Assembly: GCA_048885535.1 (NCBI GenBank)
Contig: JBHLLO010000010.1
Location: 1-64,000, forward strand
Direction: 5' to 3'
Origin: Candidatus Hermodarchaeota archaeon
GTDB taxonomy: Archaea; Asgardarchaeota; Lokiarchaeia; Sigyniarchaeales; SOKP01
Length of the DNA: 64,000 bases
Part shown: positions 19,629 to 30,260 of the stretch, in pieces
Numbering within the stretch: the stretch's first letter is position 1
How the letters are laid out: each line of letters opens with the position of its first letter
Notes under the pieces: model-generated
What the model was told of the DNA's origin: nothing
Databases searched by the model: none
What the model saw: the letters and a program-made list of their open reading frames with translations, nothing else
Program-made: the position numbers and the translations under genes

Positions 19629-20738
19629 TTAATCAGCTTTCAAGATTTTTCTTGCAGTATCGATTAATTTTTCTTTTTTATTTTGATGATCTTTTATAAA
19701 TTTGATTACTTTTTCTAAACAGTCCTGTTTATGATCCCCACACATTAACTCACCCTTTATACACGCTTCGAAGTCTTCAGTAAGTTTTTCATCTTTATCT
19801 TCAAAGTGGTACATTAACATTTTATAAATCATGCATTTATTAGGTTCTCCACCTAACTCCTTTTGTTCCTTTTTATTTCGACGTCCTCCTGTCAAGGAAC
19901 CCATAACTTTCTTCTCAATTGACTCTAAAGGTTCATTAAAAGTGAAATAACTATTTGGATTTCTCTTTGCCATTTTTTCGGATCCATCAATACCTGCTAA
20001 TAAATAATGATAGGTTGCACCTGGAATAAAGAAGCCATTGTAATATCTACGTGTGAGATCTCGAGTAAGACGAATATGAGGGTCTTGATCTATTCCCACG
20101 GGAACTATAGTTGGTTGGGGACCATCTAATATCTGAGGTAACACTATATCTCCTACTTGAATAAGTGCTGATAGATAAAGTCCGAAAGCTTTTTCTCCAT
20201 AGATAGCATTTAACATATTCTGAGTAACTAATCTACTTACTTTAAAACACACGTCTTTTACAATTGGTTCTTTAGATTGTCTCCAAATAAATGCCTTGTT
20301 CGGGGAAGGATCTAATCCTAAAGCTAGAATATCTGCTATATTGTCAATCGCAAATTCTTCTGATTCTTCGTAAGTCAATCCATTATCTTCCCATGTTTCT
20401 ATATCTGCTATTCCATAATATGCTTTTGCGCCCATTCTTTGAAATTCTATAATTTCAAGAGCTGTAGTTGATGTTCCAAGGTGAAACGGTCCAGAAGGCT
20501 TAATACCACTCATTACTGCCCAAGGTTGATTCATTTCCAGTGCTTTAAATATAAGTTTCAAATCTCTATGACCAAAAATAATTTTTCTTCTAATAAACCT
20601 ATTTTCGATAAACTTTTCTCTAGTAATAGTGTCTATCTCTTCTATCCCAAATTCCTTAATTAATCTTACATAATCCTCATCTAAAAGGTGGGTACCTCCC
20701 CATGGATCGATTCTCATAGCTTCTTTCTTCTTTGGCAT
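19629..20738 (-). CDS. trpS: Tryptophanyl-tRNA synthetase
   Basis: IDPWG, SGIKPSGPFHLG, VPVGIDQDPHIRLTRD, KMAK, TGGR, MCGDHK. Confidence 0.95.
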   Translation of the reverse strand: MPKKKEAMRIDPWGGTHLLDEDYVRLIKEFGIEEIDTITREKFIENRFIRRKIIFGHRDLKLIFKALEMNQPWAVMSGIKPSGPFHLGTSTTALEIIEFQRMGAKAYYGIADIETWEDNGLTYEESEEFAIDNIADILALGLDPSPNKAFIWRQSKEPIVKDVCFKVSRLVTQNMLNAIYGEKAFGLYLSALIQVGDIVLPQILDGPQPTIVPVGIDQDPHIRLTRDLTRRYYNGFFIPGATYHYLLAGIDGSEKMAKRNPNSYFTFNEPLESIEKKVMGSLTGGRRNKKEQKELGGEPNKCMIYKMLMYHFEDKDEKLTEDFEACIKGELMCGDHKQDCLEKVIKFIKDHQNKKEKLIDTARKILKAD

Positions 20739-20946
20739 TTAAATCATTTTGAAAAATATATGATAGTACTAATCAATCACAAGTAAAAAGATTTTTGAAC
20801 CAAGCAAAGTATAAAACCAAAATATAGTAGATTATATTTTAATTACTCTTCAACAGGTTTACCTAATAAAAATAATCTAAATTATAATTCCTTAACAAAT
20901 TATAAGCAGAAACTATATTTTATCAATTTGGTATTTAGATATTATA

Positions 20947-21351
20947 ATGACTGAAGAAGAAAATATTAGTGAAGATGATTGGGAAAAAAAATTAACCAAA
21001 GAACAATTTCATGTCTTACGTCAAAAAGGAACAGAAAGACCATTTACAGGTAAATACTGGAATAATCATGAGAAAGGAATATATTATTGTGCAGGATGTG
21101 GAACACCTTTATTTGATTCTAATAATAAATTTGATTCAGGGACGGGCTGGCCTAGCTTTACTGCGCCAATAGAGAATAAAGTAGTTTCCGAGAAAAGTGA
21201 TTTAAGCTTTGGAATGAAACGTACAGAAATCTTATGCTCAAAATGCGGAGGACATTTGGGTCATGTATTTAAAGATGGTCCTAAGTCAACTGGCTTAAGA
21301 TATTGCATCAATTCAATATCCCTAAAATTCGATTCTAAAGAAGAAGAATAA
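20947..21351 (+). CDS. msrB: Peptide-methionine (R)-S-oxide reductase
   Basis: [29 protein letters not shown] (Cys form). Confidence 0.97.
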   Translation: MTEEENISEDDWEKKLTKEQFHVLRQKGTERPFTGKYWNNHEKGIYYCAGCGTPLFDSNNKFDSGTGWPSFTAPIENKVVSEKSDLSFGMKRTEILCSKCGGHLGHVFKDGPKSTGLRYCINSISLKFDSKEEE

Positions 21352-21354
21352 TTT

Positions 21355-21816
21355 TTATAAACCAATAATTGATGAAGAGTTCTTATATTCCTTTAAAACC
21401 ATATTTGAAATTGTTTTTGTTACATATGGTTTTTCGTTCAATTCTCTGATAAAATCATGAACATCTCCAGCTTCTTTAAATCGACAGATTAAACAGGCAG
21501 ATTGTTCTCCAGTAGTGTGAAATATTGAACAAACCTCAGGGATTTCTTTTATTTCATTTAAAATATCTACCGTATGTTTACCGTCTATCTGAATTCTAAT
21601 TAAAAAAATTAGTTTATAACCTAATTTTTCATTATTAAGCTTTAGAGTATAACCTTCGATGATTCCATCGTTTTCTAACTTAGTTAAGCGATTATGAATA
21701 GTTCCAATTGAAATTCCAAGTGAATCATGGATTTCACGATAAGAAGTCTTAGCATTCTCTTGAAGAATACGAATAATGCTTCTGTCGATATCATCCAAAG
21801 GCTTTTCTTTTTTCAT
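21355..21816 (-). CDS. Lrp/AsnC family transcriptional regulator
   Basis: LDDIDRSIIRILQENAK HTH, RLTKLENDGII, RAM domain. Confidence 0.92.
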   Translation of the reverse strand: MKKEKPLDDIDRSIIRILQENAKTSYREIHDSLGISIGTIHNRLTKLENDGIIEGYTLKLNNEKLGYKLIFLIRIQIDGKHTVDILNEIKEIPEVCSIFHTTGEQSACLICRFKEAGDVHDFIRELNEKPYVTKTISNMVLKEYKNSSSIIGL

Positions 21817-22016
21817 TTTTAAAGAGCTATAAAATTATAGGAATTCATTATAAATTATTGTGAACGATATTTATAAGTTATTATTTGTAATTAAAAAAAT
21901 TTCAATTTTCACATTAATTTCAATTAGTTTTTATAATGATCTCTAAATCATAAAATTCTTTAATCACGTGATATTAAAAAATTCAGTAAAATAGGATCAA
22001 TTTTAAAGTGAAAAAG

Positions 22017-23606
22017 ATGTCAGTACCAATATTAATTTTAAGGGAAAACACCGAGGACGTACGGGAACGAGAGGCCCGAATGCAGAATATTAAGGCAATG
22101 ATGGGCATAACTGAAACAGTTAGGTCCACTCTTGGTCCAAAGGGAATGAACAAGATGCTTGTTGACTCAATGGGAGATGTAACAATCACCAATGATGGTG
22201 CAGAAATTTTGAAAAATCTTGATATTGAAAATGTAGCAGCTAATATGATGGTGAATATAGCAAAAGCAATTGATGAAGAAATAGGAGATGGTACTACAAC
22301 CGCAGTAATCTTTTCTGCTGCATTATTGGGAAATGCTTTAGATCTAATAGAACAAGATATTCATCCAAAACCCATTACTCATGGCTATAGATTAGCAGCA
22401 AATAAAGCTCTTTCAATTTTAGACAAGATTTCAAATGAAATTTCTATTGAAGATGAAAAGATACTTAGAGATATTGCTAAAACATCAATGAATGCGAAGG
22501 ATGTAGTCGGGTTGAGAGATTTTTTCGCAGATTTAGCTTTAAAAGCTGTTAATCATATTAAAGATGAAGAGGGTAAAACCTTCTCAAAAGTCAGTAATGT
22601 AAAAATAGTTAAAGCACCAGGAAAGTCTCTTAAAGATTCAGAACTCGTGAATGGCATTTATTTACAGAAAGAAAAAATCAATATATCTATGCCGGATATG
22701 ATTAAGGATGCTAAAATTGCTGTGATAAGAAGAAAACTTGACGTAGTAAAAACTGAATTTGATGCCCAAATCCAAATTTCAAGTCCTTCAGATATCCAAA
22801 GATTCTTAGATCAAGAGGAAAAAATCTTAACAGATTACTTGAAAATTTTCAAAGAGACCGGTGTAAACATGATTATTAACAGCCAAGATATATCTGATAA
22901 ATTTGGGGCTTATCTGGTAAGAGAAGGAATTTCAGCAATAAAAAACGTTGGAGAAGATGATTTAAAAGCCGTATTAAAGGCAGTAGGTGCCAAACAAGTA
23001 GATGATCTTACTTCATTATCAGAAGAAGATTTAGGATATGCTGCTTCTGTTAAATTCGAAAAGTTAGATAAAGATGACTATACAATACTTTCTGGTTGCA
23101 AGAATCCGAAATCTGTGTCAATCTTATTAAAAGGTGGTTTAGAAAAGATATTAAGTACAGCAGAAATTACTTTGCATGATGTGCTTTCAGTCATAGCTAA
23201 AACTTTGGATACTAAAAAAGTTGTTGCTGGTGGAGGGGCGATTTACATGGAATTAGCAAAAAGATTGAGGGAGTACGCAAATGAAGTCAGTGGAAAAGAA
23301 CAACTTGCAATTAATGCATTTGCACTAGCTCTTGAAGAAATCCCAAAAACGTTAATTAGAAATGCTGGGTTAGATGAAATTGAAAAGATGACAGAATTAA
23401 GAGCGGCACATAAAACTGAGAATGATAAATGGATTGGAATAGATACGATTACAAACACAATAGGAGATAACTTTGAAAAAGGCATCGTTGAACCTGCTGC
23501 ATTAATAAGTCATGTGTTAAAATCTGGAAGCGAATTAGCAAATTTAATATTAAGAGTCGATAGAATTATCAGTGCAAAAGGATCAAAAACTCCTGGATTA
23601 GATTAA
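22017..23606 (+). CDS. Group II chaperonin (thermosome) subunit
   Basis: STLGPKGMNKM, ITNDGAEIL, IGDGTTT, VAGGGA, ILRVD. Confidence 0.97.
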   Translation: MSVPILILRENTEDVREREARMQNIKAMMGITETVRSTLGPKGMNKMLVDSMGDVTITNDGAEILKNLDIENVAANMMVNIAKAIDEEIGDGTTTAVIFSAALLGNALDLIEQDIHPKPITHGYRLAANKALSILDKISNEISIEDEKILRDIAKTSMNAKDVVGLRDFFADLALKAVNHIKDEEGKTFSKVSNVKIVKAPGKSLKDSELVNGIYLQKEKINISMPDMIKDAKIAVIRRKLDVVKTEFDAQIQISSPSDIQRFLDQEEKILTDYLKIFKETGVNMIINSQDISDKFGAYLVREGISAIKNVGEDDLKAVLKAVGAKQVDDLTSLSEEDLGYAASVKFEKLDKDDYTILSGCKNPKSVSILLKGGLEKILSTAEITLHDVLSVIAKTLDTKKVVAGGGAIYMELAKRLREYANEVSGKEQLAINAFALALEEIPKTLIRNAGLDEIEKMTELRAAHKTENDKWIGIDTITNTIGDNFEKGIVEPAALISHVLKSGSELANLILRVDRIISAKGSKTPGLD

Positions 23607-23625
23607 TTTTTTTTCTTTTTTTTTT
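23607..23625 (+). terminator. Oligo-T archaeal terminator after thermosome gene
   Basis: T8-C-T10 directly after the stop codon. Confidence 0.65.
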
Positions 23626-23733
23626 AAGATATTTTAAATTCCTTAAAACATCTAATTTGTAAAACTTTTTAACAATCTTTCTTTTCTTTAAGCATATTCT
23701 ATTTCATTTCTATTTAAATTTTAGGCACTTAAC

Positions 23734-25641
23734 ATGAACAATATTCAGTATTTTGAGCAATATATTGAAAACAAAATATTATCACGGAAAAATTTAGAAA
23801 AACTTCTTCTTTTAAATAACAAACGTGTATTAAAAATCGTAAAAGAATTTGTAGATTTATGTAAACCAAGTAAAATTACAGTTATTTCGGATGCTCAGGA
23901 GGATATTGAATATATTAAACAGAAAACAATTGAAAATAGAGAAGAAATGAAACTATCTTTAGAAGGACATACAGTTCACTATGATGGATTCATTAACAAT
24001 TCAAATCATGACCAAGCAAGAGATAAGGAAAACACTCAAGTTCTAGTATCAAAAAATGAAACAAATAAATACCCTTGGATAAATACAATGGAAAGAGAAG
24101 AAGGTTTAAAAGAAATCTTAAGTATTATGGATGGTTGTATGCACGGACATGAATGTATTATTAGGTTTTATTGTCTCGGACCAAAAAATTCAAAATTTTC
24201 TATACTTGCTTTGCAATTAACTGATTCTTTCTATGTTGCACATTCAGAAGATCTCCTATACAGATCTGGCTATGAAGAATTTAGGAAATTAGATGATTCT
24301 AAAGACTTTTTCTATTTTGTACACTCTTCAGGAGAATTACATGGGGACCCTCCAGTAACCAAAAATTTAACGAAGCGTAGAATATATATTGATTTGCAAG
24401 AAGGGCGCGTACTTTCGGTAAACAATCAATATGCTGGAAATTCACTCGGATTGAAAAAGCTTGCCTTACGTTTAGCAATCTATAAAGCTAACAATGAAGA
24501 CTGGTTAGCAGAACATTACTTTATAATGGGTGTCCATCCAAAAGAAAAAAATAGAATTACATTTTTTTGCGGTGCGTTTCCATCAGCGTGTGGAAAAACA
24601 TCGACAGCAATGCTCCCAGGTCAGACTATCATCGGAGATGATATAGCTTATCTTCGTGACTGGGAGGATGGTTATGCTCATACAGTAAATATTGAAAGGG
24701 GAATTTTTGGAATCATTAAGGATGTTAATGCTAAAGATGATCCAGTTATATTTTTGGCACTCACAACACCCCGAGAAACTATTTTTTCTAATGTTCTAGT
24801 TAAAAATGGAATACCATATTGGATTGGAGATGGAAGAGAAATCCCCGAGAATGGCTTTAACTTTTCTGGCAAATGGAAAAAAGGAAAAAAAGATGAAAAT
24901 GGTAAAGAAATACCGCATGCTCATCCGAATGCCCGTTATACCATCCGTATAGAAGAATTAAGTAATGCAGATTCAAATCTCCATAATCCAGATGGGGTGC
25001 CAGTCCATGCAATCCTGTATGGAGGACGAGACAGTGACACAATGCCACCAATAGTAGAAAGTCTTAATTGGGAACATGGTGTCTTTTTAGGAGCTTCTAT
25101 TGAATCAGAAACAACTTCAGCAACGATTGGTGCAGAAGGTATAAGGACTCAGCAACCAATGGCCAATCTTGATTTTTTGGTAATCCCTTTAGGAAAATAT
25201 TTAGAAAATCATCAAATTTTTGGAGCAAATTTAAAATATCCTCCTAAAGTTTTTGCAACCAATTATTTTCTGAAAAGTAAAGAAGGAAAATACCTAAACG
25301 GAATGTTTGATAAATTAATATGGATTATGTGGGCAGAAGGGAGAACTCATAATGAATTTGATGGAATCAAAACACCCATTGGTTATATTCCTAAATATCA
25401 GGACTTGAAGAATTTATTTGCCCTATATCTAAATAAAGAATATTCTGAGGACGACTATAAAGAACAATTTTCAATCAGAATTCAAAAAGTACTAGAAAAA
25501 TTAGATAGAGTAAAAAATATGTATCTAAGTGAGGAAAATGTGCCTAAATTTTTCTGGGATATTCTTAATCAGCAAAAATTTAGCTTAAATGAATTAACTA
25601 GTAAATTTAATGAAAATGAAATTTCCCCCTTTTACTTTTAA
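23734..25641 (+). CDS. pckG: Phosphoenolpyruvate carboxykinase (GTP)
   Basis: YAGNSLGLKK, WLAEH, AFPSACGKTS, GDDIA, HPNARY, YGGRD. Confidence 0.95.
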   Translation: MNNIQYFEQYIENKILSRKNLEKLLLLNNKRVLKIVKEFVDLCKPSKITVISDAQEDIEYIKQKTIENREEMKLSLEGHTVHYDGFINNSNHDQARDKENTQVLVSKNETNKYPWINTMEREEGLKEILSIMDGCMHGHECIIRFYCLGPKNSKFSILALQLTDSFYVAHSEDLLYRSGYEEFRKLDDSKDFFYFVHSSGELHGDPPVTKNLTKRRIYIDLQEGRVLSVNNQYAGNSLGLKKLALRLAIYKANNEDWLAEHYFIMGVHPKEKNRITFFCGAFPSACGKTSTAMLPGQTIIGDDIAYLRDWEDGYAHTVNIERGIFGIIKDVNAKDDPVIFLALTTPRETIFSNVLVKNGIPYWIGDGREIPENGFNFSGKWKKGKKDENGKEIPHAHPNARYTIRIEELSNADSNLHNPDGVPVHAILYGGRDSDTMPPIVESLNWEHGVFLGASIESETTSATIGAEGIRTQQPMANLDFLVIPLGKYLENHQIFGANLKYPPKVFATNYFLKSKEGKYLNGMFDKLIWIMWAEGRTHNEFDGIKTPIGYIPKYQDLKNLFALYLNKEYSEDDYKEQFSIRIQKVLEKLDRVKNMYLSEENVPKFFWDILNQQKFSLNELTSKFNENEISPFYF

Positions 25642-25647
25642 CTATAC

Positions 25648-26328
25648 CTAGATTAAAATTTTTAATCCATCTTTGACTTTATAAGTTCGGCTAAATCGAT
25701 CAATCTCAATAAATCGTTTTATTTCAAGATTATTCAAGAAATCTCTCATTTCAATTGGATCCTTCTTTAGTTTTTCTGCTAAACCTTCAATATCATCTTC
25801 AAAAGCACGCAAAGTCTCTATTAATGATGAATAGTTTTCATATATTTGATTTATAAGCTGCTTTAATACATTATCAAGATTCTCTCCAGTTCTAGTGCTT
25901 GTAGGAAATACCACGGCTTCTTGAGGTAAATAATTTTGAGCTCGAACCACTTCAGGATGTCTCGCTCCAGCAAGATCCTGCTTATTTGCCAAAAAAATTA
26001 TTGGAATATCTTGCTTAATTACTTTCCTTATAGAGTTCAAAATTATTATAGCATCTTCATCTTTCTCAGGATGAGCTGCATCAAAGATAAAAATTATCCC
26101 ATCAGTTCCCTTTAAAACGACATCTCTCATAACATTAAATCTTAATAATCCTGGGGTACCGAAGAGAAATACATCAAAACCATTCAATTTTATACATCCT
26201 AGATCCATTCCAACAGTATAGTACTTATTATCCCTCGCTTTCGCCTCAACATTTAATGAGTTCTCATCGAAATGTTTAATGAAGGAAGATTTTCCACATT
26301 GTAGAGGGCCTGATACAACAATCTTCAT
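25648..26328 (-). CDS. MglA-type small GTPase with C-terminal winged helix
   Basis: GPLQCGKSS, TVGMDLG, LFGTPGLLRF, NKQD; tail IEGLAEKLKKDPIEMRDFLNNLEIKRFIEI. Confidence 0.85.
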   Translation of the reverse strand: MKIVVSGPLQCGKSSFIKHFDENSLNVEAKARDNKYYTVGMDLGCIKLNGFDVFLFGTPGLLRFNVMRDVVLKGTDGIIFIFDAAHPEKDEDAIIILNSIRKVIKQDIPIIFLANKQDLAGARHPEVVRAQNYLPQEAVVFPTSTRTGENLDNVLKQLINQIYENYSSLIETLRAFEDDIEGLAEKLKKDPIEMRDFLNNLEIKRFIEIDRFSRTYKVKDGLKILI

Positions 26329-26768
26329 TTTGTCGGAGTTAATTTCTCTAATGTTGTTTATTATTGTTTTATTAACTTCTTTTGTTTTATTATTTCGATT
26401 AATATATAGATAATATAAAGCATGTTTTTCCTATATTTGATTTTTATACAAGTCTTTAGACTTATTGGATCACAGATCTGTCATTGATTTTTTATTAGTA
26501 TAAGGGCTCATAATCTAATTCATTATTAATTGAAAAGAAAAATTACTAAAATCTCCAAAATTTATCGAAAATGTGATCGAATACAATAAATAATTGACAG
26601 AAAAAGTCCAAATATGGAAATATTTATATATACTTGTGATTTAATTTGTTAATTATAACTATATTAGTTTTTAAAATAAACAAACATTTTCAAAAAGGGC
26701 TAAATATTCTAAAGCAAGTATTGAAAAACAATAAACCCTAAAGAAAAAATGATCAAAATTGATGAAAA

Positions 26769-29700
26769 ATGATAAATAGTAATATAATGATTATCGGTGG
26801 TGGAATTTCGGGCATTGAAGCAAGCCTTACATTAGCTGAACAAGGATATAAAGTAATACTTGTAGAGAAAACATCCTCTGTGGGTGGTCGGATGGCACAG
26901 CTAGATAAAACCTTTCCTACTTTAGATTGCTCAATTTGCATTTTAGCTCCAAAAATGGTTGAAGTGTCACGTCACCCAAATGTTGAACTATTAGTATATT
27001 CAGAAATAAAGGAAGTCGTTGGCGAAGAAGGAGATTTTAAGGTTAAAGTGCTTAAGAAAGCAAAGTATGTAGACTGGGATGTATGCACAGGTTGTGGGGG
27101 TTGTTCTGAAAAGTGCCCTATGAAAAAAATACCTTCCGAATTTGAGGAAGGTATGGGTAATAGAACTGCAATATATATACCCTTTCCTCAAGCAGTACCA
27201 CGTAAAGCAGTAATAGATCCAAATAAGTGCCTTTTTTTAACTAAAAATGCTTGCAAAATCTGTGAAAAAGAATGTGAAGCTAACGCAATTAATTGGGATG
27301 ATAAAGAGGAACTTGTTGAATATAATGTAGCATCAATAATCGTTGCTACTGGTTATGACCAAATAGATCCTAGTGTGTTAGATAGATACCATTATGGGGA
27401 ATATCCTAATGTTATTACTGCTATGCAATATGAAAGATTGCTAAGTGCTTCAGGTCCAACTGGTGGGGAATTATTACGCCCTTCAGATAAAAAACATGCG
27501 TATAATATAGCATTTGTAGCATGTGTTGGGTCTAGAAATGAAGATATATGTGCTTATTGTTCAAAATTTTGTTGTATGTATATGGCAAAAGAGGGAGTAG
27601 TAACCAGAGAGCATGCCCCTGAAACCGATGTCACTATTTATTTTAATGACATACGAGTAATCGGTAAGAACCAAGAAGAATTTATAGAAAGAGCTAAGAA
27701 TGAGTACAATTTACATTATCATCACGGAATACCTGGAGATGTTAGAGAAAATCCAGAGAATCAAAATTTATTTGTAAAATCAGCTAATTTGGACACTGGA
27801 GAAGTTGAGACTAAAGAGTTTGATCTTATAGTACTCGCAAATGCTGTGATACCTAGAAGAGATTCTAATGAACTTGCAAAAATTATAGGGATAGAATGTA
27901 ATGAATTAGGATTTTTCAAAACTCGAGATTCTACAGAAGATTTAAAGTCCACTAGAAATGGAGTATATATAACTGGTTCATGTCAATCTCCTGATGATAT
28001 TGCTAATTCTGTAGCAAAAGCGGGAGGCGCTGCTGCTTTAGCAGCTTCTCATGCAGTCCCTTTAAGCAAAGAAGAAACAACTATAAAATTACCTTTATTA
28101 AAATCTGTAAATCCAAAGGATAAACCTAGAATTGGAATTTTTATCTGTAGATGTGGTATCAATATTGCAGGTTATATGGATGTACCAGAATTAGTTGAAT
28201 ATTCAAAGAAATTGCCTAATGTAGTCTATTCCATGGAAAATAAATACAGTTGCTCTCAATTAACCCAAGATATCATAAAGGAAAAGATTGAAGAACTCAA
28301 TTTAAATCGTATAGTGGTTGCAGCATGCACACCACGTACGCATGAGCCTTTATTTCAGAAAACTATAAGGGAAGCAGGATTAAATGAATATCTATTTAAT
28401 TTTGTTAGTATTCGTGAACTTGATTCTTGGGTTCATATGAAAGATAATAAAAAAGCAACTGATAAAGCAAAAGATCTTATAAGAATGGGGGTTGCTAGAG
28501 CAATCCATCAAAAACCTGAATACAAAATCAAAGGAAGTGTAGTTCAAGAAGCATTAGTGGTCGGTGGAGGAATTACAGGAATAAGTGCCGCAATGGAAAT
28601 TGCTAATAAAGGGTTTAAAGTACACCTTGTCGAACAACAAGATCATTTAGGTGGACAATTAAATCTAATTTACAAAATTAACTTTGATCGAATAGATTCT
28701 AAAGAGTATTTAGAGAATCAATTGATGGAATTTAACAATCAAAAAAACATAACTACGTATTTAAGTTCAGAAATAATAGAAGTAAAAGGTTCAATAGGCG
28801 ATTTTAAAGTAAAATTAAAATCAAAAATAAAAGATAAGATTATTGATTTAAATATTGGCACTATTATAATCGCCACTGGTGCTTATGAGTATAAACCAAA
28901 AGGTTGGTACCATTATGGTGAACATGAAAATGTGATTACTCAATTAGAATTATCGGGAAAACTGAGGGATAACGAGCTAAATGATGGAGAGACAATTGTG
29001 TTTATACATTGTGTGGGTTCTCGCCAGCCAGAAGGAGGTAACGGAGTAACGTACTGTTCTCTTATTTGTTGTTCTGAATCAATTCGTCATGCTCTCTATG
29101 TAAAGGAGAGATATCCTAATTCTAATATCTACGTTTTATATAGGGATATACGAGTTGGAACGGATGAAGAAGTTTTTTATTGGAAAGCTCGAGAAAATGT
29201 AAATTATATACGTTTTAATGAATATCCTACTGTAGACATTGGGAATGGTCAACTAAAGGTAAGAGTGCAAGATATCTTGACTCAAATTGATCTTCTAATA
29301 AATGCAGATAAAGTAGTTCTCTCTACACCTTTAATTCCATATGATACACAAAAATTAGGTGAAATGATTAAATGTGCGAGAGACCAGAATGGATTTTTCT
29401 TAGAAGCTCACATTAAACTACGACCTGTTGATTTTGCTACTGATGGAATATATTTAGCAGGGACTTGTCACAGCCCCAAAGGGATATCTGATTCAATTTC
29501 TCAAGGAAGAGGTGCAGCAGCTCATGCTTTAATTCCTCTAATTTCAGGAGAAGTTGAAAATGAACCTTTAATCTCCATCGTAAATCCTGCCTTATGTATA
29601 GGATGCCAAAAATGTGAAGAAGTGTGCAATTTTGGAGCCATTGGTGTTAACTTTGATAGTGCTATTCTTGTTTCTAAGTCTAACCCTTTATTATGTAAAG

Positions 29701-30257
29701 GATGTGGAGATTGTGCTGCGGCATGCCCAGCAGATGCTATTACAATGAGTCATTTCGCTGATCAACAAATATATCCTATGATTCGAGAGGCTGTCAGAGG
29801 AGAATTTATTGACGAGAGACCGCGGATTGTAGCATTTTTATGCAATTGGTGTAGTTATGCTGGAGCAGATACATGCGGTGTAAGTCGATTCCAATACCCA
29901 ACTAATATAAGACCTATTAGAGTAATGTGCACAGGAAGAATACCGAAACATTTTATTTTGCAGGCATTCTTAGAAGGTGCTGATGGTGTATTTATCGGTG
30001 GATGTCATATTGGGGATTGCCATTATTTAGAAGGCAATTATGATATGTTGAGACGATATAATGAAATGAATGAAATATTAGAAAAAGTTGGAATCAGCCG
30101 TGATCGCTTTCGGCTTGAATGGATTTCTGCAAGCGAAGGAAAGCGGTTTTCCCAAGTAATAACCGAATTTGTGAATAAGATAAAAGAATTAGGGCCCTTA
30201 CCAAGAAAAGGGGATAAAATCGAATCAAAAAAACTAAAAGCAAAAGAGGTAGTATAA
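26769..30257 (+). CDS. hdrA: Heterodisulfide reductase subunit A-like protein: tandem HdrA modules fused to MvhD
   Basis: GGGISG + LDKTFPTLDC, ferredoxin motifs, two CVGSR..CS..CC motifs, ICRCG/ACTPRTHE domain, second GGGITG, C-terminal CNWCSYAGAD...GCHIGDCHY (MvhD). Confidence 0.95.
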   Translation: MINSNIMIIGGGISGIEASLTLAEQGYKVILVEKTSSVGGRMAQLDKTFPTLDCSICILAPKMVEVSRHPNVELLVYSEIKEVVGEEGDFKVKVLKKAKYVDWDVCTGCGGCSEKCPMKKIPSEFEEGMGNRTAIYIPFPQAVPRKAVIDPNKCLFLTKNACKICEKECEANAINWDDKEELVEYNVASIIVATGYDQIDPSVLDRYHYGEYPNVITAMQYERLLSASGPTGGELLRPSDKKHAYNIAFVACVGSRNEDICAYCSKFCCMYMAKEGVVTREHAPETDVTIYFNDIRVIGKNQEEFIERAKNEYNLHYHHGIPGDVRENPENQNLFVKSANLDTGEVETKEFDLIVLANAVIPRRDSNELAKIIGIECNELGFFKTRDSTEDLKSTRNGVYITGSCQSPDDIANSVAKAGGAAALAASHAVPLSKEETTIKLPLLKSVNPKDKPRIGIFICRCGINIAGYMDVPELVEYSKKLPNVVYSMENKYSCSQLTQDIIKEKIEELNLNRIVVAACTPRTHEPLFQKTIREAGLNEYLFNFVSIRELDSWVHMKDNKKATDKAKDLIRMGVARAIHQKPEYKIKGSVVQEALVVGGGITGISAAMEIANKGFKVHLVEQQDHLGGQLNLIYKINFDRIDSKEYLENQLMEFNNQKNITTYLSSEIIEVKGSIGDFKVKLKSKIKDKIIDLNIGTIIIATGAYEYKPKGWYHYGEHENVITQLELSGKLRDNELNDGETIVFIHCVGSRQPEGGNGVTYCSLICCSESIRHALYVKERYPNSNIYVLYRDIRVGTDEEVFYWKARENVNYIRFNEYPTVDIGNGQLKVRVQDILTQIDLLINADKVVLSTPLIPYDTQKLGEMIKCARDQNGFFLEAHIKLRPVDFATDGIYLAGTCHSPKGISDSISQGRGAAAHALIPLISGEVENEPLISIVNPALCIGCQKCEEVCNFGAIGVNFDSAILVSKSNPLLCKGCGDCAAACPADAITMSHFADQQIYPMIREAVRGEFIDERPRIVAFLCNWCSYAGADTCGVSRFQYPTNIRPIRVMCTGRIPKHFILQAFLEGADGVFIGGCHIGDCHYLEGNYDMLRRYNEMNEILEKVGISRDRFRLEWISASEGKRFSQVITEFVNKIKELGPLPRKGDKIESKKLKAKEVV

Positions 30258-30260
30258 AAA

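Noticed and set aside
26750-30257. Possible selenocysteine recoding in hdrA/MvhD (two in-frame TGA just upstream of the ATG)
   Set aside because: The ORF is uninterrupted, MvhD carries Cys at its motif positions, and the upstream frame shows no HdrA similarity
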